20,491 nt of DNA from Candidatus Cloacimonadota bacterium. GTDB taxonomy: Bacteria > Cloacimonadota > Cloacimonadia > Cloacimonadales > WRIO01. A model generated the notes under the pieces. The model did not search any database. It was not told where the DNA came from and saw nothing but the letters and a program-made list of their open reading frames with translations. Of the stretch, positions 8,150 through 16,698 are shown one piece after another. The DNA is taken from positions 1-20,491 of the forward strand of contig JAKQQL010000153.1 in assembly GCA_029564175.1 (NCBI GenBank), written 5' to 3'. Every line of letters starts with the position of its first letter. Within the stretch, counting starts at the first letter, position 1. The translations under genes were made by a program, and so were the position numbers.

Positions 8150-10309
8150 ATGAAAAGAAAACAGGGAATCATGTTGGTTATATGTCTGTTTTTATTGACA
8201 GCAATTATGGCAGTGCCTGCTTTCCCAGAATCGCTGATATACAGACATTATGAACAGAACGTAACAGTCAGGCTGATGGGGGATGAGCGTGTTAAATGGG
8301 CTGAGTCAGAAGATGGCTACAGTTTGATGTACGATCGAATGGGTTATTTGGTTTATGCTAAATCTGATCAAAAAGGGGGTATGGAACCCTCTGATGTTAA
8401 AGCTTCAGATATTGCACAGAGAAAACAATCTGAATCTGATTTTATTTCTCATACGCAAAAACAATTAAGGTTCAGTCAAAATCAGATTAGTTTAATCAAA
8501 CAAATCTTTAATATTCAATCCAGAGAATCTGCAAAAGAATTTCCTTCAAGTGGAAACAGAAAATTAGTGATGTTGTTAATCGGATTTACAGACAAGAGCT
8601 TTTCTAAAACGAAGACTGAATTTATCAATTTAATGAATCAAACCGGTTATTCATTCAATAATGCATCTGGAAGTGTTAAAGATTAGTTTTTATCTAATTC
8701 ATTTAATCAGTTGAATCTTTCAACGGATGTATATGGACCATATCAGGCAGCTCATAACATGGCATATTATGGAGCGAATGATGTCTATGGATATGATGTG
8801 AGACCCAGAGAATTAGTTTTAGAAGCCATTAATAGTGCAGACAGTGAAGTGGATTTTTCTGAATATGACAATGATGATGATGGATACATGGATGGAATCT
8901 ATTTAATTTATGCAGGGTATGGGGAAGAGGCTGGTGCTTCTTCAAATGCAATATGGGCTCATGCCTGGAGTATTTCGCCAGTAGTTAAAGATGGGGTTTA
9001 TATCTCATCTTATTCTTGTTCTCCTGAACTTTCTGGGAATTCTGGTACAAATATAACAAATATAGGCGTAATATGTCATGAGTTTAGTCATGTGTGTGGT
9101 TTGCCTGATTTTTATGATACGGACTACTCCGGTTCAGGTGGCCAGTCATTTGATTTGAAAAAATGGGACCCCATGGCGAGTGGTTCGTGGAATAACAATG
9201 GTAAGACGCCTCCGCATCATAACTGTTATTCAAAAACAGCACTTGGATGGCAAAATACCACAATTTTAAACAATTCAGTCAGTCTTAACATTCCTAATTC
9301 TCATGATCATAATGTCTCTTACCGATTTGATACAAGCATTCATAATGAGTATTTTATGCTTGAAAACAGACAAAAAACAGGTTGGGACTTATATATCCCA
9401 CATCATGGTTTATTGATTTATCATGTAGATAAAAATTTATCCGGCTGGAATACCAATGATATCAATGTAAATCCTGCACATCAGGGGATGGATATTGAAG
9501 AAGCGGACAATATCAGAAGTATAGAGACTTATTCAGGCGATCCGTTCCCAGGTACCGGCAATGTAAGCACTTTTACAGATGAATCAGTTCCCGGTTCACT
9601 TAACTGGGATGGACAAGCAACTCAAAAACCGATTACAAACATCTGTGAAACAGACGGCATCATTTCTCTTGATTTTATGGGCGGAACGCCACCTACATTG
9701 CCTGTAACACTATCTGCATTTAATGCCGTTACAGTTATGGATCAGTTTATATCCCTAAGCTGGGTTACCCAGTCAGAAAATAATATGTTGGGTTACCATT
9801 TATACCGGTCTGTCAACAATGATTTAGCTCAATCAGAAAGAATTACGACTTCTATTATCAATGCAAAAAATCTATCTCAGGAAACGATCTATCAATTCAA
9901 TGACAAACCTGAAATTTATAATCAACCAATATATTACTGGGTTCAATCAATGGATTTAAATGGAGACCAGCACTGGTATGGACCTGTTACAGGGCACATA
10001 GCAGAAAATTATGAGACTCCTTTGATGCCATTAGGGACAAGTCTGTTGAGCATCTATCCAAATCCTTTTAATCCAAGTACTCAAGTCATGTTTGAGCTGG
10101 AAAAGGACGCATATTGCGACATTGCAATATACAATATTAAAGGTAAAAAAGTAAAACAACTTGTCAACAATATGATAAAGTCAGGAAAGCATCAAGTTGT
10201 CTGGGAGGGCTTAGATGATAATCAAAAGCCTTGTTCTTCAGGGGTTTACTTTATCAGGATGCAATCTGGTGATTATACTCATACAAGTAAAATGATGATG
10301 TTAAAGTAA
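8150..10309 (+). pseudogene. M6 (immune inhibitor A-like) metalloprotease with FlgD-Ig/T9SS-type C-terminal domain, interrupted by one in-frame TAG
   Basis: ORFs 8150-8686 and 8711-10309 are in the same frame, and read-through gives GSVKD*FLSNSFNQLNLSTDVYGPY. Signal peptide, GDE pro-region, ICHEFSHVCGLPDFYD zinc motif, LPVTLSAF domain and IYPNPFNP...SSGVYFIRM tail. Confidence 0.85.
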
Positions 10310-10331
10310 TCACTACTGAGATACGTGAAAG

Positions 10332-10374
10332 TTAAAAACGGGTCATCTACGATTGGAGATTGACCCGTTTTTAA
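10332..10374. terminator. Bidirectional intrinsic terminator between convergent genes
   Basis: 14-bp perfect arms TTAAAAACGGGTCA (10332-10345) and TGACCCGTTTTTAA (10361-10374). Confidence 0.85.
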
Positions 10375-10415
10375 TAATAAATGAGTATTTCGATAAGCAG
10401 AAGAAATCTAAAAAA

Positions 10416-11702
10416 TTAGAAATTCAACTGAAAGTTTAGGATAGGTGAGTTCGTTTTTAAAGCCATTGGATTAATTGAAGTATTAAAAGAGAATTTTTTA
10501 TTTTCTTTAACGGATGCATGTTGTGAGCTCATATTTTTACTGTATAGATAGTAGCCAATGACAGATCCGGCAGACGTTAAAGGCAGATGCTTATCCATTT
10601 TAGCCATATAACTGAAACCGCATCCCATGAGTCCACCAGCAACAGTTGATAAAGCCAGATAATTACCGGTAGATGTACTGAGTTGATATTTTTTTGCAAG
10701 GTATTCTCCATTCTCCATACCTCCTGTGGCAAACAAACAGTAGAGAAGTGAGGTTTGAGTAAGATTTAAATCAGCCATTTGAGAAATAGCTAAACTTCCC
10801 AGTCCATACATATTCCAGGTCGTTCTGGCAGCGATGACATCACCTTTAGTAAAATTAATTTTATTGCCGGCATAAACACCGAAACTCGCACCAGAATAGA
10901 GTGATAAGAGTGCAAGAGAATTTACCAGACTAACGTTGTTGGATTCGAAAGCATTTACTGAATTTGCTAAACCAACAAACTGACCTCCAGCAAAGTCATG
11001 ATACAATGTGATTGCATTTGCATGACCTTCTGTCAGTTTGTTTCTTTGGGAAAACTGATAGGCAAAAGCGCCTTCAAGCATACTAACACAGGCAGAAATT
11101 CCAAATACTTCCTGTTCAATATTTTGATTGAGTGCACTTGTTAACAGAATACCATGCAAAATACCGCGAGTGGCAGTCTGAACTGATAAATCTGCATCCG
11201 CATAGGAAACGCTGGATTTTTTGGTCATAGACAGAAGACTGCCAATGATTAAACCACTATCCAAAAAATACATCCCTGCTGTTTGTTGTCCATCCAGATT
11301 CATTGAAACAGGTATTGCCCATCCGTAGTATCCAATCGTCAGATAACTATAGCCAATTATCATGCGAAGACGACCTTCATTATCTTTGTCATTGTACGAA
11401 TGTTGATGATAAGACATAAGCTTTTTTCTGATTTCGATGAGTTCTGCTTCTGTTACATATCGTTTTTTTATTTCCAGGCCTTGTTCTCCGGAGTGGATAA
11501 TTTCAAAATAGTACTTCGCATCTGAATCCTGGAATAATTTTGCCTGTGTGAAACCAGGATAGTCTGTAAATATATGAAGTTTTTTTGCCTCATCTGATTT
11601 AATTACACTTATCTGATGTAATGAATCGATGATAACCGGCTGGTTATCAGCATAAAGTAAAGAAAGTGATATTAGAAAGATCAGTAAAAGTGCATTTTTC
11701 AT
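10416..11702 (-). CDS. Hypothetical exported/membrane protein
   Basis: 428-aa ORF with signal peptide (MKNALLLIFLISLSLLYA), many Gly/Ala-rich hydrophobic segments and C-terminal LNFQLNF; RBS GAGGGGA. Confidence 0.75.
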   Translation of the reverse strand: MKNALLLIFLISLSLLYADNQPVIIDSLHQISVIKSDEAKKLHIFTDYPGFTQAKLFQDSDAKYYFEIIHSGEQGLEIKKRYVTEAELIEIRKKLMSYHQHSYNDKDNEGRLRMIIGYSYLTIGYYGWAIPVSMNLDGQQTAGMYFLDSGLIIGSLLSMTKKSSVSYADADLSVQTATRGILHGILLTSALNQNIEQEVFGISACVSMLEGAFAYQFSQRNKLTEGHANAITLYHDFAGGQFVGLANSVNAFESNNVSLVNSLALLSLYSGASFGVYAGNKINFTKGDVIAARTTWNMYGLGSLAISQMADLNLTQTSLLYCLFATGGMENGEYLAKKYQLSTSTGNYLALSTVAGGLMGCGFSYMAKMDKHLPLTSAGSVIGYYLYSKNMSSQHASVKENKKFSFNTSINPMALKTNSPILNFQLNF

Positions 11703-11819
11703 TCATTCCCCTCTCATTTTAGTTGGTATCATAAAATGTATAAAATATATCACGAGCTGATATCTTGAGTTACTTAAAAAATCATTAGTAACTGAACTAC
11801 TTGCTTACAAGGAAAATAT

Positions 11820-11840
11820 CCGCAAGCGGATTGCTTGCGG
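11820..11840. terminator. GC hairpin downstream of the che operon, possible terminator
   Basis: CCGCAAGC-GGATT-GCTTGCGG, followed on the minus strand by ATATTTT, 43 bp after the FliG_C gene stop. Confidence 0.45.
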
Positions 11841-11883
11841 TAGAACTTATTTTATCTCTCATGAAGCCGGCATGTGCGTATTA

Positions 11884-12156
11884 CTAACAGCAGCAACCTT
11901 CTTTTTTGATATTATTGAGTATATTAACGATTTCATGTTGTACTTTGATAGAATCTTCAATACTAATATCTTCCAGCTCATTCATAAGCTCAAGAATGGT
12001 TTGTTTTTTATGAATAGGCATATTGTCAAAAAAGAAATTTTGTAAATCTTCTTCAGCGTGTTTTAAAGCAATAGCCAAATCCATGACTGGTAAACAGTCT
12101 ATTAATTTCATAATGGTTTCATTATCTTCCAGTAAGACGACAGAAAAGGCTTTCAT
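11884..12156 (-). CDS. Stand-alone FliG C-terminal-domain-like protein
   Basis: DLAIALKHAEEDLQNFFFDNM...ILELMNEL.......KVQHEIVNIL follows the FliG_C pattern 'L..ALK.A...L...F..NMS......E......V.....AQ..I'. Only 90 aa. Confidence 0.75.
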   Translation of the reverse strand: MKAFSVVLLEDNETIMKLIDCLPVMDLAIALKHAEEDLQNFFFDNMPIHKKQTILELMNELEDISIEDSIKVQHEIVNILNNIKKEGCCC

Positions 12157-12198
12157 ATTTCCCCCTAAAACTTAATATTTAAAAATTGAGATTTCACT

Positions 12199-13239
12199 CT
12201 ATAGTTTTTCGTTGATCAGATTAATAATCTTATCAGGAATGTCAAACAAATTTTCGACATAATCCACAACTCCTAGTTCTACAGCACTTTTAGGCATTCC
12301 ATACACTACGCAGGATTTCTCATCCTGAGCGATATTGATTGCACCGTTGTTTTTCATTAGTTGCATTCCCTGAGCGCCATCTCTTCCCATGCCGGTCAGT
12401 AAAACACCAAGTGCATTTTTGCCGGCGAATTCGGAGACTGATTTAAAGAGGACATCGACGGCAGGTCTTTGATGCCAAACCTGAGGTCCTTCTTTAATTC
12501 TGACAAAATATCTTGCACCTTCACGTCTCAGTACCATGTGATAATCACCTGGGGCTAAGAGTGCAACACCAGGTAATACGACATCTCCATCCTTTGCTTC
12601 TTTAACCTGCATTTTACACAAATTGTTTAATCTTTCAGCAAATGCTGTGGTAAAGACAGGGGGCATGTGTTGAACCATTACGATACCGGGTGTATTGGCA
12701 GGTAATCTGACAAGTACTTCTTTAATCGCTTCTGTTCCACCGGTAGAAGCTCCAATTGCAATGATTTTATTGGTTGTGGTAATTGAGATCGGTTTGATAT
12801 CTACTTGATTTGTTTTAATGTTTTCTACAGGTTTTTTTTTGATTTTAGCATAAGAAGCAGATCGTATGGCTTCGACAAGTTTTCTTTCAATGGATTCAAT
12901 AGAATAGGCTTCAGAAGGTTTAGGTATGACACTGACAGCGCCAATTTCAAGTGCTTTCATGGAAGTCTCGCAGCCGGTGCGGGTTACAGAGCTGACAATG
13001 ATGGTTGGTACAGGAAAATAATGCATCACTTTTTTTAGAAAAGTAAGGCCGTCCATACGGGGCATTTCAATATCAAGGGTCATAACATCAGGGGTCAGCT
13101 GAACCAGTTTATCTCTGGCAAGAAAAGGATTCGGTGCAGTGCCAACGACTTCCATATCTGCTTCATTATTAATAATTTGAGTCAACACACGTCTGACAAC
13201 CGCACTGTCATCGACAATCAAAACTTTTATTTTTTTCAT
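12199..13239 (-). CDS. cheB: Chemotaxis response regulator protein-glutamate methylesterase
   Basis: Receiver (VDDSAVVR, TLDIEMPRMDG) plus methylesterase (IGASTGG, VQHMP, PAVDVLF, LTGMGRDGA). Confidence 0.97.
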   Translation of the reverse strand: MKKIKVLIVDDSAVVRRVLTQIINNEADMEVVGTAPNPFLARDKLVQLTPDVMTLDIEMPRMDGLTFLKKVMHYFPVPTIIVSSVTRTGCETSMKALEIGAVSVIPKPSEAYSIESIERKLVEAIRSASYAKIKKKPVENIKTNQVDIKPISITTTNKIIAIGASTGGTEAIKEVLVRLPANTPGIVMVQHMPPVFTTAFAERLNNLCKMQVKEAKDGDVVLPGVALLAPGDYHMVLRREGARYFVRIKEGPQVWHQRPAVDVLFKSVSEFAGKNALGVLLTGMGRDGAQGMQLMKNNGAINIAQDEKSCVVYGMPKSAVELGVVDYVENLFDIPDKIINLINEKL

Positions 13240-13242
13240 TCT

Positions 13243-13656
13243 TTAATCTTCCATAACCAGGCAGAGAGGCAGACATTCATAGAATAAAATGTCATGTTCA
13301 AAAGAGTCTGGATTATATTCTTTAGGCAGATAGACAGAGCAGGGGACAGGTATATTTTTATGAAAATCTTTCATATATTTACCTACATAATTTCCAACAA
13401 TCATATTCGTGATTTCTTTTAATACATCCAGGATATCATTTTCATTCACCTCGTCAGTTCCCAGAAAGTTTTTACAAAGCAGACTACCGAGCTTTTCTCC
13501 AACGATGATTCTCACCTTTAGACTTGGGTTATTGATAAAGGCACAATATTTATAGGTCTGATCATATTGATCAGGTGTTGTTTCTTCATACATAAAAAAC
13601 ATATTTTCGAGGATATTAGAAGTCACATCCCTCAAATTCTTCATCTTCTCCCGCAT
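13243..13656 (-). CDS. CheX/CheC-like phosphatase
   Basis: DVLKEITNMIVGN carries the D-x3-E-x2-N-x3-G motif. Start placed at ATG 13656 behind a GAGGAG RBS; overlaps the 3' end of cheY by 41 bp. Confidence 0.7.
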   Translation of the reverse strand: MREKMKNLRDVTSNILENMFFMYEETTPDQYDQTYKYCAFINNPSLKVRIIVGEKLGSLLCKNFLGTDEVNENDILDVLKEITNMIVGNYVGKYMKDFHKNIPVPCSVYLPKEYNPDSFEHDILFYECLPLCLVMED

Positions 13657-14041
13657 TAAAAATCTCCTCTCCAAAAATATTCAGCAAATGTTTGTTAATT
13701 TCTTCCGCACGGAAGGGCTTTGTAATGACATCATAGGCGCGGGTATTTCTCAGACTGTTGAGTTCATCTTCTCTTGTTTCTGAGGTGATAATAATGATAG
13801 GTGTTTGCGAGAGTAAACCCATCTGATGCATTTTATCAATAAAAGTTAATCCATCCATTTCCGGCATATTGATATCGGTAAATATCAGGTCAACCCATTC
13901 ATTTTTTGCGATTTCAAGTGCTTCCAGACCATTGTTTGCTTCCAAAAAACGGACATTGGCAATGCCACACATAGAAACTGCTTTTTTTAATACTTTTCGC
14001 ATTGAAGAGCTGTCATCGGCTATCAGAATTGATAAGCTCAT
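13616..14041 (-). CDS. cheY: CheY-like single-domain response regulator
   Basis: ILIADDS, IFTDINMPEMDG, IIITSE and ITKPF motifs; acidic C-terminal tail. Confidence 0.88.
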   Translation of the reverse strand: MSLSILIADDSSSMRKVLKKAVSMCGIANVRFLEANNGLEALEIAKNEWVDLIFTDINMPEMDGLTFIDKMHQMGLLSQTPIIIITSETREDELNSLRNTRAYDVITKPFRAEEINKHLLNIFGEEIFNAGEDEEFEGCDF

Positions 14042-14042
14042 A

Positions 14043-14897
14043 CTATTGTCCTTTATGATTAATTTTAAATTCGTTGATCATATTGACGACCCTGTCAAAA
14101 TTTTCAGCAATCAGGATCTGAATTTCTTTGGTTTTTATATTATAATATTCAAGTACTGCTGTGTAACCTTTCATATTCATGTTGTCTTTTTGGGTCATAA
14201 AACCCATCGCAAAAGTCAGAAAATCGGCAAGAGCAACTAATCTTACGACTGGATCATCAAAGAGTTTCTCGTCATGATGGTGTTTGGCCGCATCAATTAT
14301 CTGTTGAGGCAGGTTCCAGTGTTTTAGGATAGCGCTACCTATTTGGGCATGGGTATAACCTAAGACTGTTTTTTCTGCCGTAATGAAGTCCATATTTTCT
14401 TTTTCAACCAGGAAGTTTATCCTATCAGATTCTTTTTTTATCCAGATATTCATGATAATTTTTCCGATATCATGGAGTAGTCCGGCTGTAAAAAGAAGGC
14501 TTTGATCGACATTTTTTTCCAGATAACTCAGATTTTCAGTGATGACTGCTACAGAGAGATTATGTTCCCAGAGCTCGCCCTGATTGAGTTCGTAACCATC
14601 GATGGTGTTGACGAAATAATCACGCGTACTGACCAGTGTAAGGATAGAATAAATCTGCTGTTTGCCGAGAAAGCTGAGCGCAGTGCTAATGTCGTGTATT
14701 TGTCTGGATTTTGCATATAAAGCAGAGTTTGAAATTTTTAATATATTAGCTGTCAGAGACGCATCAATACGGATAATATCGGCAAGGTCTTTATTAGTAT
14801 AATTATCACTTCTGATTAAATCCAGCGCTTTTTGAGCACTCTGATTAAAGGAAGGAATAAATTCAATTGCTTGTACGATGTCTTTGACCGTTATCAT
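14043..14897 (-). CDS. HDOD domain protein
   Basis: D.SLTANILKISNSALY, LWEHNLSVA, AGLLHDIGK and THAQIGSAILKHWNLP motifs. Confidence 0.93.
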   Translation of the reverse strand: MITVKDIVQAIEFIPSFNQSAQKALDLIRSDNYTNKDLADIIRIDASLTANILKISNSALYAKSRQIHDISTALSFLGKQQIYSILTLVSTRDYFVNTIDGYELNQGELWEHNLSVAVITENLSYLEKNVDQSLLFTAGLLHDIGKIIMNIWIKKESDRINFLVEKENMDFITAEKTVLGYTHAQIGSAILKHWNLPQQIIDAAKHHHDEKLFDDPVVRLVALADFLTFAMGFMTQKDNMNMKGYTAVLEYYNIKTKEIQILIAENFDRVVNMINEFKINHKGQ

Positions 14898-15385
14898 AAT
14901 TCATACTCCTCATGTGCGTTAGATATGACGACTTTCCCTGAATCCATATACAGTCGAACAGTTCTGCTCTTGTTGCCTCCGGTATCTTCTTTGTTAATGA
15001 TGACATTATTTCTCCAGAGGATTTTTCTGACTGCCAGAAAGTTTCTTTCGCCTATATTGAAAAATTTGTTTTTATCCATGACATTACTGCCTCCGATGAC
15101 ACTGGTGATCAATGTTCCTCTTTTACATCCGAATTTAAACATCTCCTTAAAAAGAATGGGAACTCCCAGATCTACATATTTACAGGGGTTTAATTCTGGA
15201 TTTTTATCGATTGAGGAATCAGGCAGCATGACGTGAATCATCCCTCCAATTTTCTTATAGGGGTCATAGAGAACTATTGCGACACATGATCCGAGAGAGT
15301 AAGTCACAAGCACGTCTTCCGGATTGTTGCTAATGCGCATATCAGCTATATTAACCACTAATGATTTGTTCATATTATCTCTCAT
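14894..15385 (-). CDS. cheD: Chemoreceptor glutamine deamidase CheD
   Basis: TYSLGSCVAIVLYD...GGMIHVMLP retains catalytic Cys and His; IGERN and EDTGG..SRT motifs; ATGA overlaps with neighbours. Confidence 0.93.
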   Translation of the reverse strand: MRDNMNKSLVVNIADMRISNNPEDVLVTYSLGSCVAIVLYDPYKKIGGMIHVMLPDSSIDKNPELNPCKYVDLGVPILFKEMFKFGCKRGTLITSVIGGSNVMDKNKFFNIGERNFLAVRKILWRNNVIINKEDTGGNKSRTVRLYMDSGKVVISNAHEEYEL

Positions 15386-15873
15386 GAATTCGGATAAGGA
15401 AACCAGTCAGATTTCCTTAACTTATTGGTTTTATAGGTTATTGAATGGCCGGTTTGGGTTTCGTAAATAAACTTTCTTCCCATTTTACCGCCAATATCAG
15501 TTGATACGATTTCTATTTTGAATTTATTCAGGATTTCTTTGGCAATATGAATATTTTCCTGACCAATTTTAGAATTGTTTAATGTAGCGCCCCCCATGAG
15601 CAAGGCTTTTAGGTTTTGGATTTGAGAGCCGTTTTCCCGCATTTTTTTGATCAGCCAGCGAATAGCAACATTACCATAGAAGCCGGTTGATTTTTCTTTT
15701 TCAATAGTATGGGGATAGAGGTAACAACAACATCCGGAATATTCTTTTTTTTCATCCCAGAGTCCGATGAATATCCCTGAACCGACCACGCCATAGATCA
15801 TCATGGGCTCATGATAAACGATAATAAAGCCTGGTTGCAGCAGATATTTATGCTCTGTCAGCTCTTTTTTCAT
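15382..15873 (-). CDS. CheD-like paralog lacking the canonical catalytic Cys/His
   Basis: LQPG, GGA, IGQENI and DIGGKMGRK motifs of CheD, but VVGSGIFIGLWD (Cys to Gly) and GCCCYLYP (His to Cys). Confidence 0.85.
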   Translation of the reverse strand: MKKELTEHKYLLQPGFIIVYHEPMMIYGVVGSGIFIGLWDEKKEYSGCCCYLYPHTIEKEKSTGFYGNVAIRWLIKKMRENGSQIQNLKALLMGGATLNNSKIGQENIHIAKEILNKFKIEIVSTDIGGKMGRKFIYETQTGHSITYKTNKLRKSDWFPYPNS

Positions 15874-16698
15874 TTAAAAACCTTCTTTTCGGTAAGTGGC
15901 TGGCATGACGTATTTAAGAGTGGATTTTAATCCGTTCAAACTCTCTGAGTGACCGATAAACAGATATCCGCCAGGTTTGATATGTTCTGCTAATTTATTG
16001 ACAATCATCTGTTTGGTTGGTAAATCAAAATAGATCATGACATTTCTGCAAAAAATAATATCAAACTGTTTCACATCAGGAAAGGCTTCTATCAGATTGA
16101 TACGTTTGAATTGAACCATTTGTCGAATCTCATTTTTCACCTTAACATAGCCTTTTGCGGAGCCGTTTCCTTCCTGAAAGTATTTTTTGATCAGTTTCTG
16201 GTCAATATTTTCTACCCGATCGCTGGTATAGATGCCCCGTTGTGCGATAGATAAGACTTTAGTAGAAATATCTGAAGCGAGAACAGACATTCTCAGTGGA
16301 TTCTTTTCAAAAAGTTCACTGAGCATAATGGCGATAGAATAGGGCTCTTCCCCTGAAGAGCAGGCAGATGACCAGATTTCTACAGTACTTTTTCTTTCTT
16401 TGATAACATCAGGTGCCCATACATTTTTCATAAACTGGAAATGCTTTTCTTCGCGAAAGAAGTGAGTTACATTCGTAGAAATCAGATTGATAAATTCATG
16501 CAGTTCCTGATTTGTGCTATCATCGATAATGATCTGATAATAATCTTTATAGGAATGAATTCCCCTTTTTCTTAATACTTTGTTAGCTCTTGACTGCAAG
16601 AGTTGTTTTTTACCGTAATGCAGATTGATACCGGTTTTTGAATAAACCAGGTCAGAAAACTTCTTAAACTCGCTGTCTGTCAATTCATATTCAGTCAT
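15874..16698 (-). CDS. cheR: Chemotaxis protein-glutamate O-methyltransferase
   Basis: STNVTHFFRE, IWSSACSSGEEPYS, ASDIS, FDIIFCRNVMIYFD and GHSESL motifs. Confidence 0.97.
   Translation of the reverse strand: MTEYELTDSEFKKFSDLVYSKTGINLHYGKKQLLQSRANKVLRKRGIHSYKDYYQIIIDDSTNQELHEFINLISTNVTHFFREEKHFQFMKNVWAPDVIKERKSTVEIWSSACSSGEEPYSIAIMLSELFEKNPLRMSVLASDISTKVLSIAQRGIYTSDRVENIDQKLIKKYFQEGNGSAKGYVKVKNEIRQMVQFKRINLIEAFPDVKQFDIIFCRNVMIYFDLPTKQMIVNKLAEHIKPGGYLFIGHSESLNGLKSTLKYVMPATYRKEGF

Noticed and set aside
251..8686. Alternative genetic code suggested by in-frame stops (TAA 251, TGA 872, TAG 8684)
   Set aside because: Three different stop codons are involved, and all three terminate normal genes in this window.
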